Assembly (NCBI RefSeq): GCF_016432865.1
Contig: NC_067401.1
Location: forward strand, 321,842,001-321,906,000
Reading direction: 5' to 3'
DNA length: 64,000 nucleotides
Source: Antechinus flavipes
Taxonomy: Eukaryota
A program made the position numbers and the translations under genes. Below the pieces are notes generated by a model that saw only the letters and a list, made by a program, of their open reading frames with translations, did not search any database and was not told the origin of the DNA. Shown one piece after another: positions 1-14,600 of this stretch (position 1 is the stretch's first letter; each line of letters opens with the position of its first letter).

Positions 1-2024
1 CAGATTTTTCACAATGCATTAAGTATACCTAATTATAATAACTCTTCCAACTTTACATCTAAACTCTTTAGAACTTTTGAAAAAATACATTTACTATTAT
101 CTTTTGGGTCCACTCCTCACCCACAATGAAATCAAATAACCAAAATAAACATTTATACTTGATAAGCATCACAATTTGGAAAATACTGGGCAGACTATAA
201 TTCTTACCTACTAACTTTCCCAGAGTAAATGTTCTTCACATATTGAGTGTTAATTATACGGAATAACTAATCTGGACTGTGCAAAGAGCTCATAATGCCA
301 AACGATCTTAATTTTCAGATCTTAGAAACAATGTAAATAAGCAAGAGTTTTATGAGTTGATCCCCTAATATCCAGTAGATTCAACCACTGAACAGTTTTT
401 ATTTGATGACAACAAATTTTTTACACTTTTTTCTACACAGAAGCTTCTGAAAACAAAAGCTTCTGGGACAAGACAAGATTGTAAGCAAGCATTTCCTGTC
501 TATTTCTGTTTTGGGTTTTCCAGTGATCAAATGCAATTTAGGTGAACAAGACACTGGCAATGCTGAGTTGCTTGGCAAGAAATTCAAGTTCATGTCCTAA
601 CTCACGCAAGTTAAAACACTGTTCTCCAACTTCTATAGGGTCTTGACAAGGAAACTGGACCCTAAGCCTCCCTAACAAATATTTACTGGGTGCACTGGTG
701 GAAAAAACACATTTCATTGCAGATGCAAATGCTATTATAATAACTGAAAAAAATGCATTTTATTTCACAGCTAAAAAGATAAGTGTGAGCGATTTAAAAA
801 CCAAATTTCCTCCCCCCCAAAAAAGCCATAGTTTAAAATCAACTTTCACTATGACCAAACTCCTACCTTTCCCAAATTTTCATAGTCAAAAACATCCTAG
901 GAAACAAGATTGCAATCATAAAATTCAATTTTCTTAAGATTAAATTATTACCAAGTCAATGACATTCTTACTTTTCTTGAAATAAGTTCATGCAACAATA
1001 TTAAAAATTCATACTAACAGGGCACTCTAAAGTTTGCAAAATAGTTTACACTCATCAAAACAACTTTATGCAGTAACTAATATAAGTGTCATAAGCATTT
1101 TAAAGTTGAGGAAACTGACTCAGAGAAATGACTTGCCTAAGGTTACACTATAAATATCAAAGGCAGCATTAGAACCCAGGTCTTCCTGGCACAAGTCCAG
1201 TAATATTTTCCCACTATCTCATGCTATTTCTTTATGCAAATACTCTTAGACAATCTTGGAAGATCAAATGCCAGTTTTAGGAAATCTAGATTATTGAAGA
1301 AAAAATCATCATTTACATAGATATGCAATCTATTTATGTAGGCTCCAAAACTTTTAATTATGTTACAAATTTTTATTAAATTGTAGCTTTAGGTTCTTTT
1401 TTTAAAATCATTTTTAGGTCAAATAATTTCTGCAATGACTTGCTCCATTAAGGAACTAGTAGATGATTCAAGTTTTGATTGTCTAATTTTCCCACAGTTT
1501 CCAGATATCACAACACAAGAAGCAATGGAGTTTTATGCTCAAATGTACAATTTGAAGAGTACTAAGAAATCAGAAAAATAATAACACGCTCTGCAAATCA
1601 TGAAGAAATTGAAGGCAACCACTTCTACCATTGGGATTTGGATCAGGAAGGAAAAAAGGAAAGTCTAGATTCATGAGATTTCAGAGCTCACTTCAGAGCT
1701 CATTTAGAGATCGTCTACTCCAAACCCTTCACTTTACAAATGAGGAAAACACAGAACAGAAATGTTAATACCAAAAAAAAAAAAAAAAAAAAATCCTCCA
1801 AAACAAAACAAAAAACCAAAAACAAACAAAAAAGGATCATATTACAGGGTGGTTGCTAGTCTTCATCAGTAAAAACGGTTTTCATACTGGGGACTTCTAC
1901 ACTATTCTAATTGCAAATCCAGATTTCTCTTTAAAAGTTTTGCTTTTTTTTTTCCTTCTTCACAACTAGATTGTAAATTTCTCAAAGAAAATGTTCTTCT
2001 TGTTACTCTCCATATAAAGAAAGA

Positions 2025-2152
2025 NNNNNNNNNNNNNNNNNNNNNNNNNNNNNNNNNNNNNNNNNNNNNNNNNNNNNNNNNNNNNNNNNNNNNNNNNNNN
2101 NNNNNNNNNNNNNNNNNNNNNNNNNNNNNNNNNNNNNNNNNNNNNNNNNNNN
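2025..2152. other. Assembly gap (N run)
   Basis: 128 consecutive N. Confidence 1.
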
Positions 2153-2945
2153 ACAGAATACTTTTGAGCCAAGACAAAGCATTTGTGTTGCCAAAGGCAA
2201 GATTTAAAAATTGCATCACTTGAATGTCACTGTCCACTTGAGAGTGAGTCTTGGCTCTAAAATGTAACCTCTCCTGATGTGTCACAAAATACTTGTAATC
2301 CAAAGAGATCAAAATTTTCTGCCATTAAAAATGTGGAGGGTCTTAAAGAATAAATAAAAAGAGGGACAGCATGGCATATTGGATGGAGAGTCTAACATAT
2401 CTTGTAGTTGGGAAGACTTGGGATCCATCACATACTGATTGTGTGAACCTAAGCAAGTCACATAACCTCTTGGTACCCCAAGTGCCGCTCTAAAACTATA
2501 AGCTGCAGAGAAGTCCCCAGTCAGTAGTGATAGAAAAGATTTCCTTGCTATGAATGAAATCAGAGATCTTGACTAAAAAAAGGGAAAGAAAAAAAGAAAG
2601 AAAGAAAAATGTCTTTCACAATCCTAACCATGGAAAAGGGGGTCAGATGGTGAGATATCAAATTAACTAAAAATAGCTCATTGCCACAAGATCCCTTTAT
2701 GAGGTCCCATGAGGGCAGAAAGGAAGCAACACCATAGGATTAGGAACAACACTCCACATTTCCAGTTGATCTATAAAAATTAGGTAAGTGTTTTTAAGAG
2801 AAAGACTCAAAAAAGGAATTATTCCTGGTAAGACTCACAAGAGCTGAAAGCCACATGGAGCTGGGATAATAAAATTCAGGAGAGGCAGCCTTCACCAAGG
2901 AATGAGCTAACATACCAGGATTGAGGCTGCTTGGGCACATCAAGT

Positions 2946-3194
2946 TGCAGCTAGGTGGCACAGTGGCTAGAATGCCAGGTTTAGAGTCAGGAAGAATTAT
3001 CTTTCTGACTTCAAATCTGGCCTTAGACACTTATTAGCTGTGTGACTCTGGACAAATCACTTAATCCTGTTTACCTCAGTTTCCTCATCTGTAAAATGAG
3101 TTGAAGAAGGAAATGGTAAACCACTCCAGTATCTTTGCCAGGAAAAACCCAAACCATATCACAGTCAGACACAACTGAAATGAATGAACAACAA
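2946..3194 (+). mobile_element. MAR1-type CORE-SINE with RTE-like tail
   Basis: tRNA-like head GCAGCTAGGTGGCACAGTGG, CORE (CTGTGTGACTCTGGACAAATCACTT), GAAGGAAATGGTAAACCACTCCAGTATCTTTGCC segment, GAACAACAA tail. Confidence 0.8.
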
Positions 3195-3428
3195 GGGCAC
3201 ATTAATAATGAGGACATGGATAAAGAAGCTGAATGAATGAAACTTTGAACTACATATGCCAAGGTAGTAACCTTATAACTCCCTTTTCCCCTTGGGCTAC
3301 CCTAAAAGTCTGAAACTTTTCCTTGTGAGGGAGCTTGTCCTGTACATGCCTAGATTACCTAACATGGAGACAATTTTCCTTCCCTGAGTACCCTCCTACA
3401 TCATTTCATTTTCCTTTTTTTTAATGTT

Positions 3429-3577
3429 NNNNNNNNNNNNNNNNNNNNNNNNNNNNNNNNNNNNNNNNNNNNNNNNNNNNNNNNNNNNNNNNNNNNNNNN
3501 NNNNNNNNNNNNNNNNNNNNNNNNNNNNNNNNNNNNNNNNNNNNNNNNNNNNNNNNNNNNNNNNNNNNNNNNNNNNN
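3429..3577. other. Assembly gap (N run) next to a TA/TG microsatellite
   Basis: 149 consecutive N followed by (TA)-rich sequence. Confidence 1.
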
Positions 3578-4359
3578 GAATATATGTATATAAAGACTAA
3601 GTATATATATACACATACAGATATACTAATATATGTGTTATACTTATATACATATATATACATGCATACTAATATATACTTAACCTTTGCAAGTTTGTCT
3701 ATTTATTAAAAACATCTGTAACATAATAATTGAATGAAGAGGGCATATCTCCAGAGAAGAAAAAGAGATAGTCTATTCCTTTCATTTCACAGAAGAAATT
3801 AAGGGACAGAGAGTTTAAGCAATTTCTCTAAGGTCATACAGCTCTAACAGTAAGTTGTTTGCCAGAGTGCTATCTCTAGTTTGGGGGTTAGGACTAGAAA
3901 ATAGAGAGAAAATTACAGATTCTTTGCTACTATTTTACAGAGCAGAGAAATCTATTGAGACCATGAGAGAGACCCAACTGAGAAATGAATCAGTAACAGG
4001 ATGAGGAAGAAGCAAATAAAAGTGAGCAAAGAAATATAGTCCTGCAAATATAAAAACAACTTCGCATCAATGCCTTAAAAGAGAAGAAAAATGTTTCTTC
4101 CTTTCCACTATACATTTTTATCTAATCAGCTTCCTATCTTGCCTACTCTTGTTCTCAGCTTTGGCAGGACAATGCTTGAAGATGGTGTGTTGACCCATCG
4201 ACTCTCATTTCATCCCCTTGATTAATTAACAAAGTTGTAAATCTGGAAACCAGCTGACTAGGGCTATATACATTCTGGGCTACTACAGCAAAGATTTGCT
4301 AAGAGGGTAATAGGAAATCAAAATCCTGATCCTCATCTCATTAGCCCTTACATTCAGTA

Positions 4360-4505
4360 GTCTTGATCCGTATTTTGCCACTGGATCCAGATGGCTCTGG
4401 AAGAAAAAGTAAGGCAGATGATCTTGCCCTCCCTCACTTAAATCCAATTCAGTTGTATGTCATAGCATCACTTCCCTAATGTCATGATCCTCTTCAAGAA
4501 TGTTT
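4360..4505. mobile_element. Marsupial RTE-SINE/WALLSI-type repeat fragment (family name tentative)
   Basis: CTGGATCCAGATGGCTCTGG...CCTCACTTAAATCCAATTCA...GTCATGATCCTCTTCAAGAA; homologous copies at about 36315, 41700 and 43270 in this window. Confidence 0.65.
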
Positions 4506-4974
4506 CTCAACCAGCACATTCTGACAATTTATTTATATCTTGGTATGTCACAACATTTTGGATTTCCTGTCTTTTGCTATTTTTTTTAAACTAAAAGAAG
4601 GTGAAGAATGAAGGTGGTGATTATTCAGAAATACCTTTTAAAAACCAAGGACCATTTTCATAGCTGAGCCCTAAAACCTTTTCCCCAAAAAGGGTTTTTT
4701 TCCCCTCTTTTTCTTCTATTCATACCTGTCTCCCTTTAATTCAATAGAAAAACAGCTAAAGTTAAAAATCTATACCAAAGAATTATGGGATACCTCGCTT
4801 CTCTGCAGAGGTAAGAAAGGAAAAAGGGGAAAAGAAAGGTTGATGGAGGAAACTGAATGATGCATTCACTGTCAGACACAATTCTTAACTGCTGTGGTGG
4901 TTGCAGTTGTCATTATGGAGAACAGGTTCAATTCCAAAGGGGCCACATTGGGGCAGGGAGTAATTGTGGAAATC

Positions 4975-5500
4975 AATCAGTCAGCAAGCATTTATTAAGT
5001 GTTTGTTAGATGCCATGCTCTGTGTTAAGTTATAGGAATAGGAACAAAGGTAAAAACAGTCTACGCTCTCAAGGAGCTCTTATATATGTTGAGTGTTGTA
5101 CAGATATGTATTATGTATATATAAATAAATACACACATATAGTCAATAACTAACTTTGTAGAAGATTTATGGAGTAGACAAGATGTAATTTCAAAGGGGA
5201 GAGCTTTTCAGGAATGTGAACAATCAGTACAAAGATATGGCAAGAGGAAATGGAGTTTTTGGTGGTCCAGGAATTACAAGCAAATAACTGAAGGAGAGTG
5301 CACGGAGGGGTATAGAGTACAGGAAGATTGGAAAGTCGGAAGGGGCCAGGTTATAAAGAACTTTCATTTTATCTTTAAACTGGAGAGAACAGGAAGCCAC
5401 TGGAGCTCACCCTGCACAGGAGTGACAGTGTCAAACCTGCTCTTTAGAAAAATTAGTGAGGCCTTTAAGTGAAAGGTGGATTGGAATGGGGAAGAGACGA
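4975..5500. mobile_element. L2 LINE remnant
   Basis: L2 end signature AAGCATTTATTAAGTG...CTCTCAAGGAGCTC followed by purine-rich decayed L2 body. Confidence 0.55.
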
Positions 5501-8500
5501 GGTAGAAAGATTATTTAGACTATATTAAACTATTTAGAAAGCTGGAAACCATCTCTTAGGTCTCCCAGTTCAGCCCCCTAATTTCAGAGGTAAGGAAACT
5601 GAAGCCCAAGGATACTATAAATGACAAAAAATACTATAAATAATACAATAAGTTAAAAATAATTAGTATTTGCAGCACTCTACTATTTGTGAAGTGCTTT
5701 AAATTTTATTTCATTTGATTCTCAACCTCAACCTCAACACATGTTATTATTATCCCCATTTTATAGAAATGGTGGAAACTGGGACATTTTTCCAAAAGCC
5801 ATACAGATAATGGAAAGAAGAAAAGAAAGAAGGGAGGAAAAGAAGGAGAAAGGAAAAGGGGGGAAGGGCAGGACAAGGAAATGAAAGGCAGGGCAGACAA
5901 GGGAGAAAACAAGCATTTATTAAACACCTTACTATGGGCCAACATAATGCTAATATTTTGAGAATATTGTCACATTTGATCAGCATAAAGACTCTGGGAC
6001 TGAGATGCTATTTTTATTTCCATTTTACAGTCAAGAAAACTGAGGCAGACTTGCCCAAGGTCATACAGATGGGAAATATATGAGGCAAAATTCTTCCTGA
6101 CTTGAGGTCCAGTGATTTACCCAGATACTTCTAATGGCAGAAGTGGGATTTTACAAGATCCACTGACTACAAATCTAGCACTTCTCTCTGTTGTTCTCTG
6201 CAGCTTTCAAAAGATGTACAGGATAATTTTAGGAGGGAGATAACATAAAGAAGTAAGACAAAAAGTAGGGAAACCTAACTAAGGGATAGTATCCAAGTTG
6301 AGCCTTGAAGCAAACTATGGTTTCTAAGGGATAAAGGGGAGAGAACATTCCTGGTATCTAGTAAGTGCTTAATGTTTATTGACTGATTGAAAGAATACAT
6401 TTCAAACCTGGACAATAGCCTATGAAGATACACAGAGATGGGAAATAGAATGATGAGTCCACAGAATAGAAAGTAGGCCGATTTGGCTTTGAATATAGGA
6501 AGGGAAATAGTAAATTCTATTCTTGCCCCTTGGAGAAGGAAATAGCTAACTACTCCAGTATCTTTGCCAAGAAAACCCCAGGGACTTTGTCCATGGAGTC
6601 TTATCCAACTGGACAAGACTGAACAACAAAAACAATTCTTGCCACTACATGAATCTCCAGTTTAGGCCAAAAGCTTAGTTACAGATAAAACTGGTTCTTC
6701 TTTTAGATCGAGTTCTTAAATTTGTGTATGTCATGGACTCAGCTGACATTCTTTTATGGCCTTTCTTTGAATAATGGTGAGGTTTTTTAAAAAATTAAAG
6801 TGAAGGAAATGCTAATGATTAAGGCAAATATAGTCATTCTCCTCTCCCTTCCTCCCATCCAAGTAGAAAGAGCACTGACAACTGTCCACAGATCACTAAA
6901 AGATCTGGAGATCCCGGCTTTGAGTAAAGCTCAGTTCTTTTACCACTAATTAGACCTGGTCCTTAGTTCTAAATGACTGCACATTTTACATCCTGGAGCC
7001 AGCCTATCATTAGGAATTTTTCCCCCATTGCTCAGAACGGACTGCCTTTTCTAGTTTCAGAGCTCTCACTTCTTATCAAGTTCCAGTTCCTGGCAGACTT
7101 TTGCTATCCCCATTGGAAGAGTTAGAAAGACTAACACTGCATGTGCCTAATTAACATCTCATACCTGCTACTGACCCAGCTGCCAATTACTCATTTCCCA
7201 GTGTTCACAAGTTGATGAGTTAGTCACTTGGCCTTTGGGACATGATCTCCCTCAGCAGTGATTGTCCAAAGACCTAGTTGGTCTTATTGGAATATTATAT
7301 ATATTCCAATACTTTAAATGTACCCAGTAACACAGAAGAATATGTCTTCTACTTGAGTAGGGCCCTGTATAGAGGAGTGGATCAAGGTAGAGAGAAAATT
7401 CAGAACAGGTATGCAGACACAGGAATAATGCAGTTAGAGATAGGAATTTACAGGCATCCTGATATCCTTTAACCACTCTTACCCCCTTCTGAGTTCTAAA
7501 GAGGTCGTAAGTGTGTCACAGACTGAGAAAGGTCGGGAAACACCAAACTAAATGACCACAGATCTTTTTATAAACGCTTGTAGTAAGGAAAATAATTTCC
7601 TTCCTGCATGAATCACAGTGGTGATGTTTTTACAATAAAATGATTAATTACCATGGCAGGACAAAAAATCTAGTTTTTAACATAAATGTTTGCTATTTTG
7701 TGCAATGTTTATAGCATGCTCTATCTATTAAATAGTATGTAATTCAGCCATATTATAACTTTAATATATTAAATATTCTTTTGACACTTATGCTCTCTCA
7801 TTCTTCCCCTTGTCCTCCAAGGAAATGGCTACACACTGACTTGGATGGATCTTGGGTTGTTGTTGTTCACAAAGTTGTTGCTAATTAAGAACAAAGTTTA
7901 ACAGATTTAAATGTTCACCTTCTCCCATCAAAAAGGGTTCTAGAATAAACATGATCCTATAAACCACTTTCTGTTCTTCTCCTTCTATAAGACTCTGTAA
8001 ACATGATAAATGACAACTCAATATCTCCAGCAAAGGGGAAGAAAGTAGTAAGTCTTAACAATTAAGGAGAAAGACTAATGTCAGTATCACAACTGGAGGT
8101 TCACCTTACATAGTTATGTTTCATGGTTTTTTCCTAATTTAACTTTGATAGAAGCTAAAAATTCACTTATATTTTCAGAGCACAGCAACTCCAATTTAGA
8201 AAGGCTCTTGTGTTTATCATCTAGTCTAACATATATCTGAAAAGAAACTCTCACTTAGCTTTCAAAAATGATCACACAGCTTCTGTTAGGAGACCTTGAG
8301 CAATGGGAAACTTACTACCTCTCAAGACAGCTCTGGACCTAATCCTCAGGGCGCCCTCCAAAACACTATTGACAATATTAAAGAACTTTAAATGGCCAGT
8401 AATTACCAAAAAACGTTTCTCACAGCAGAAAAATGTGTACACTTACATATACATATATATGTACATACACACACACATACACATATATAACACAGTTATA

Positions 8501-8780
8501 ACAAATGAAGGTTTTTCTCTCATCTAGTTACAAATGCCCAATTGCCACTGTTCTAAATGATGCTGAACAAATTTAATTCACAAGAAAGTCATTCAGATAC
8601 TTGAAGACAGGCCTCAAATTTCCTCTTCCCCAGGTTAAAATCTTCTTTGTTCCTTCAAGATGAATAAATCTTTCTCAAATATAGGTAGTGCACACCCTAT
8701 ATATGAACAGGTAGTTACTAAAGTATCAAAGGATCCTAGATTTAGGAATAGGAGGACAATTAAAAGCTATTTAGTCTTTT

Positions 8781-9892
8781 TTATTATTATTATAGCTTTT
8801 TATTTACAAGTTATACGCATGGGTAATTTTACAGCATTGACAATTGCCAAACCTTTTGTTCCAATTTTTCCCCTCCTTTCCCTCATCCCCTCCCCCCAAT
8901 GGCATGTTGACCAATACATGTTAAATATGTTAAAGTATAAATTAAATACAATATATGTATACATGTCCTAACAGTTATTTTACTGTACATAAAGAATCGG
9001 ACTTTGAAATAATGTACAATTAGCCTGTGAAGGAAATCAAAAATGCAGGTGGACAAAAATAGAGGGATTGGGAATCCTATGTAATGGTTCATGGTCATTT
9101 CCCAGAGTACTTTCTCTGGGTGTAGCTAGTTCAGTTCATTACTGCTCTATAGGAACTGATTTGGTTCATCTCACTGTTGAAGAGAGCCACGTCCATCAGA
9201 ATCGATCATCATATAGTATTGTTGTTGAAGTATATAATGATCTCCTGGTTCTGCTCATTTCACTCAGCATCAGTTCATGTATGTCTCTTCAGGCCTTTCT
9301 GAAATCATCCTGCTGGTCATTTCTTACCAAACAATAATATTCCATAATATTCACAAACCACAATTTATTCAGCCATTCTCCAATTAATGGGCATCCACTC
9401 AGTTTCCAGTTTCTGGCCACTACAAAGAGGGCTGCCACAAACATTCTTGCACATACAAGTCCCTTTCCCTTCTTTAAAATCTCTTGGGGTTAATATAAGC
9501 CCAGTAGTAACACTGCTGGATCAAAGGGTATACACAGTTTGATAGCTTTTTGAGCGTAGTTCCAAATTGTTCTCCAGAATGTCTGGATGTATTCACAATT
9601 CCACCAACAATGTATCAGTATCCCTGTTTTCCCACATCCCTTCCAACATTCCACATTATCTTTCCCTGTCATTCTAACCAATTTGAGAGGTGTATAGTGG
9701 CATCTCAGAGTTGTCTTAATTTGCATTTCTCTGATTAATAATGACTTGGAGCATCTTTTCATATGGCTAGAAATAGTTTCAATTTCTTTGAGAATTGTCT
9801 GTTCATATCCTTTGACCATTTATCAGTTGGAGAATGGCTTGATTTCTTACAAATTAGAGTCAATTCTCTATATATTTTGGAAATGAGGAAAG
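8781..9892 (-). mobile_element. 5'-truncated L1 (ORF2 C-terminus plus 3' UTR), sense to MAP3K5
   Basis: Minus [29 protein letters not shown]...HCWWNC is L1 ORF2 C-terminus. Perfect 15-bp TSD GCTATTTAGTCTTTT at 8766-8780 and 9893-9907. A-rich tail. Confidence 0.95.
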
Positions 9893-9962
9893 GCTATTTA
9901 GTCTTTTAGTGTTTTACAGAAAAGGAAAATGAGACTGAGAATAGATATGTGACTTGCACAAC

Positions 9963-10015
9963 CTGGAATTGAAGTAGCAAAATCTGGAATTGAAGTAGCA
10001 AAATCTGGAATTGAA
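9963..10015. repeat. 21-bp tandem repeat, 2.5 copies (CTGGAATTGAAGTAGCAAAAT)
   Basis: Perfect copies at 9963, 9984 and a partial copy at 10005, inside a MIR-like remnant. Confidence 0.9.
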
Positions 10016-10150
10016 ACTCAATTGTCTGGTTCCAAATTCAGCCATCCTCCTCTCCATCCCCAACAACATCATTGAAGATTAGGAGACCATTTTAGCTATT
10101 GGAATAATTCATATATAACCATATACTTTAAATAGATATAACTATATACC

Positions 10151-10397
10151 AGAGCAGCTAGGTAGCACAGTGGATAGGGTGCTGGGCCTGGAGTCAAACA
10201 GATTCATTTTCCTAAGTTCAAATTTTGCTTCAGACACCTTACTAGGTGTGCGACTTTGGACAAATCACTTCACCCTGTTTGCCTCAATTTCCTCATCTGT
10301 CAAATGAATTAGAGAAGGAAATAGTAAACCATTTCAGTATCTTTGCCAAGAAAATTATAAATGGGGCCTCAAAGTGTCAGATATGACCAAACAAAAC
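10151..10397 (+). mobile_element. MAR1-type SINE
   Basis: Same head/CORE/RTE-tail organisation as the 2946 copy. Confidence 0.8.
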
Positions 10398-11431
10398 CAA
10401 ATATACTTTAAAATACCCAAATAAAATTTGTTTCTTTATATCCCTAAATTTTCTGGGAATCATTCTTCCCTTTCTCTTCAAACCAACAGAACTTACATTG
10501 CAACCTAAGTCTTCTACATTTCATGCCACCTCCCCAGCCATGGTCCTTGTCCCTCTATTTCCTATCTGTGGCATCAGGTTAAATGGACAAGTACATGATA
10601 TCTAGATAGTGGGAGAAACAGAAGAAAAGGAGAAAGCGCTGCATTTGGAGTACAACGGTCTAGGTTCAAATGTTATCTCTGTCACTTAGGCTCTCTGGGC
10701 CCCAGTTTTCTCATATATAAAATAAATGATATCTTTAAGCTCCTTTTCAAGATGAAATTCACAAATTTCATAAATTCATAAAACTCAAAATCTCATACGT
10801 TCATAAATTCACTAAATACTATTCAGCTAATTTCTTGTGTGTAAAGAAGGGAACCCAGACCAATAAGGAAAGCCTGGCCTGTACAATGCCAACAATGTTT
10901 CCTTGAACTCTGACAAATGGACTTCTGGTCTACTTTGATAATCTGGCTACTATTCTGGGTTTTTCCTTCTATTAAAGTAACAACAGAAGATTTTTTTAAA
11001 AGGTAGAAATGGCAAGGGATTCAAATACAAAGAATTCTAAAATAGTCTGAATATAAAAGTTCCTTCTACAGAAATGTTAGAAATATTCTAGAAAATCAAG
11101 GGCTAACGACTCCATTGATATTCCACATAAGGGATGATTTTTATCAGGAGGATTATATTAAAATACAAACTCTGTTGAAGTGGGAGGGAGGGATGGCTTG
11201 TAACCTGATTGTCAGAAGGAACATACAAATGGATGACATTGAAGTCAAAAAGTGCTGGTCAGAAAAAACAAACAACAAAAACAAACAAACAAACAAAAAA
11301 CCCAAAGACAAAAGGGCCATATGCTTGCTTCAGGGAAGAGAAGAGAAGATAAAGAATTCATATTCTGCTGAAGGCCGGGGAGGAGTAAGGCTATGGCTAG
11401 AAGCAATTAGCTAGCATTAATAATAAATGAG

Positions 11432-11682
11432 GACAAGTAGTTGGCATGGTGGATAGAATGCTGGGCTTAGAGTCAAGAAGACTCACCTTCTTGTGTTCAA
11501 ATCTGGGCTCATATACTCACTAGCTGTGGGACCCTGGGCAAATCACTTAGTCCTGTTTGCCTCAGTTTCCTCCCCTGTCAAATAAGCTGGAGAAGGAAAT
11601 GGCAAAGCATTCCAATATCTTTGGCAAGAAAACCCCAAATGGGACCACAAAAAGTAGGACATGACTGAACTGCAGCAACAAC
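11432..11682 (+). mobile_element. MAR1-type SINE
   Basis: GGTGGATAGAATGCTGGGC head...GGAGAAGGAAATGGCAAA...GAAAACCCCAAATGGG...CAACAACA tail. Confidence 0.8.
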
Positions 11683-14600
11683 ATAAATGAAAGCTAGTGA
11701 TTGAATTCTTGAAACTCACTACAGAGAAGAATGGAAAGAGCGCCAGTGTAGAATAGAAAATATACCAATAAATGTATTTTGGATGGTTCTTTGAATTACA
11801 GGAGGAAGCAGTAAGGGGGGGAAATGATGCATCTGTCAGTTTGTGGCTATTATTCCAACCTTCCTACCATAATTCTCTTTCTATCTTAGCTCCCATACCT
11901 TCCACATCCCAACCATCACTACTAGGATCCTCAGCCTAGTCAAAGGAAGCCATGACCTGTAGCATAGAGCCAGGGAAATCCTGCTTAGGATTAAAGTAGG
12001 ATGGAGGTGGGACGAGGGATAATATGTTCCTAGCTTGCCAAGTTAGAACAATTTTTCATAGAAATACTATTAAATTTTATACTTTGAATATTGGTTAAAC
12101 TATTATTGGTTATTATTGGTTAAATAGTCTTCCTTAGAAATGAGTTTACCATTTATAACATTCTTTCAATTGGCAAATGAATTCAAAATTTGAAAAAAAT
12201 TCTAGAAACCAATTATAAACACTTATAAGGCACAAGAGGACAAGGTGGTTACTTTTAAATATTTTATTTTCTTAGGGCATAGCACAGTACTCTGCACGTA
12301 GCAAGTTAGCCACAAGCTAAATCTCTTTGAATAATTTAGGATCCAACCCATTTGTAAATTACATCATATATAAGGACAAACTATTACTTACTATTCACTG
12401 AATTCTACTGAATAAAATGTTTGTTACCATGGCATTTCTTGTCCCTTTAATAATGTTTTCTTAAATATGTAAATATGGAGAATTTCCATGAAACTAATAA
12501 TATAGCAGGAATTTCAACATAAAAGCTAAGAAAGGAAATAATGATGAAAGAACTTTAAGTGCTAGCAAGGAAGATATTGGGAAAGAGTACAACCCTGTAA
12601 AGTGATACTTGTTCCAAAAAAAGTGAGTTATACCTCTAAGAATTATAACACAAGTTTAATAACTAAAAGACAAACAAAAAAAAAACCCTTACACAAACTG
12701 ACCTAAAATGACCAAAAAAAATTAGAATAGTTAAATAATATTCACATAGAGAAAAAGCAAGTCTTTTTTAAATGTCTCTAAATTTACAAAATGTACTAGT
12801 AGAAGCAAAAAGGAAATCCATTAAGTTTCTCCCCATTTTTCAAAACATGAAGCTCCCAATGTATTTCCTAAAAACATAGTCACTGTTCCTCTAAGATAAT
12901 ATATGCTAGCACTTTCATAAAAATATTTCAAAGTTATAATTACACTATATTAATAATGACTGAAGTTTAAATCACTGCCATCACATCGTCTTTTCTGCAC
13001 TTGTTTAGAGCTACAAATTCAACTTTCAAGTTAAAGAAAGCTGGTATTTTCAAATACTAGAATGGACCTATCATTTACTCAATTCTGCCATTTACTACCT
13101 GTGCCATCTTGGGTACATCCTTTTACTTTCTCTGAGCCTACTTCCACACTGTCAAATGAGATCTATTAGGTAATGGTATAATCTATAATTAGATAAAGAT
13201 ATAATCTAAGTATTTATAATACATTCCTAGAATCCCCAGTTGTAACTATGAGAACAATTTCTCATTGAAATACTATTAGATTTTACTTCAAATACATTTT
13301 GTTTTGGAAAAAAAAAACGGATCTATGATGCCAATGGATACAGGTTTTTTTTGTTGTTGTTGTATTTAGCAATAATAATCATCAATCAGAATGTGGTTAA
13401 AATATAAGTAGAAAAAATAATCTTATTAAAATCATGTTTCTAAGTAGTTTAAGAGTTATGCTACCAGAGAGTATAGAGCAGGAACTTTTTTGTTAATCAT
13501 CTAATAATGCAATAAAGATAAATATAGCAAAGAAAATCTTTCTCTGATTTGCAGTATTTTAGTTACTTCTTTACTATTTCCCACATTGTGTATTCCAAAT
13601 AAATTAGATGTTTTTTTCAAGGTTTATGTAACTTAGATAACTAGCAATAATGTATGTTCAGCTATACAGGCCGGTACTTTTAATAAATACCAGAACCAGA
13701 AAGACTTAGTTTTATTTAGCTTGTCTTTCCAAACATGAAGCTCTTTTCCTTATTTTTGAACTATTGAGACATCAGCCATGGCTGAATTCCAACACTGACA
13801 TAAGCAACCTTCAGGTGTTTTGAAGAGGCTGAATGGAAACACAGGCCTAAAAACAAGACAAGAATCGAAAGCCTTTTATATAAGCACATCTTCTAGATGC
13901 TTACTGCACTGAAATTGTTTTAATCAGATTTTAACCCATAGTTATATTAATGCAAACGTATGGCTTTACATGCTTGTCAGTGTAATTATGTTCAAAAGGC
14001 CACAGGAGGTTAATTTCATATACACATTTTTGAAAATAGTGTGACTATTTCAGTTTATTTGTCAAGAGATGGCAAATTGCTTCAGTCACTAAACAAATTC
14101 CCCAACTCTCAAACTACTGTAGCAGGTGTTAGAACAGTACAATAAAATTATTTTTGGAAGGGATTATGCTAGCAACTGCTTTAATTACCTATGGCTCAAT
14201 TCCTCTGAGCTCTCTAGACAGTCATTAACGTTTTAAACAACGTGTATATTGACAAATGTTCCAGAATACAGCACACACCGTTTGGCTAAACACCGGGTTC
14301 TTTCTCTCCAACAATGTTACAAGGACAATAGAGAACTTTAGTGTTTGTTACAATATCATTACTGTCCTAGAGAACAAACTTGGAAAATGCAAATAAGTGG
14401 GGTGGTTGAAATGCAGTCATCAAAACTTGAGGTAAAATGAGACTGGGTAGAAAATTCAATCTTTAGGTACAAATGCATGTACCCTGGTTGGAGATCTGTG
14501 AAAGCTATTCTCTCTCGAAATGAGAACCTAAAGGAGATCCCCAAACATCTAGTGAGGAAAAAGGGTGGCGAGGGGAAGGACTGTCGTCTGAAAGTACAAG

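Noticed and set aside
7500-7660. RUNX (ACCACA), AP-1-like (TGAATCA) and ETS cores in MAP3K5 intron 1
   Set aside because: Short degenerate motifs at background frequency; no independent support without conservation data
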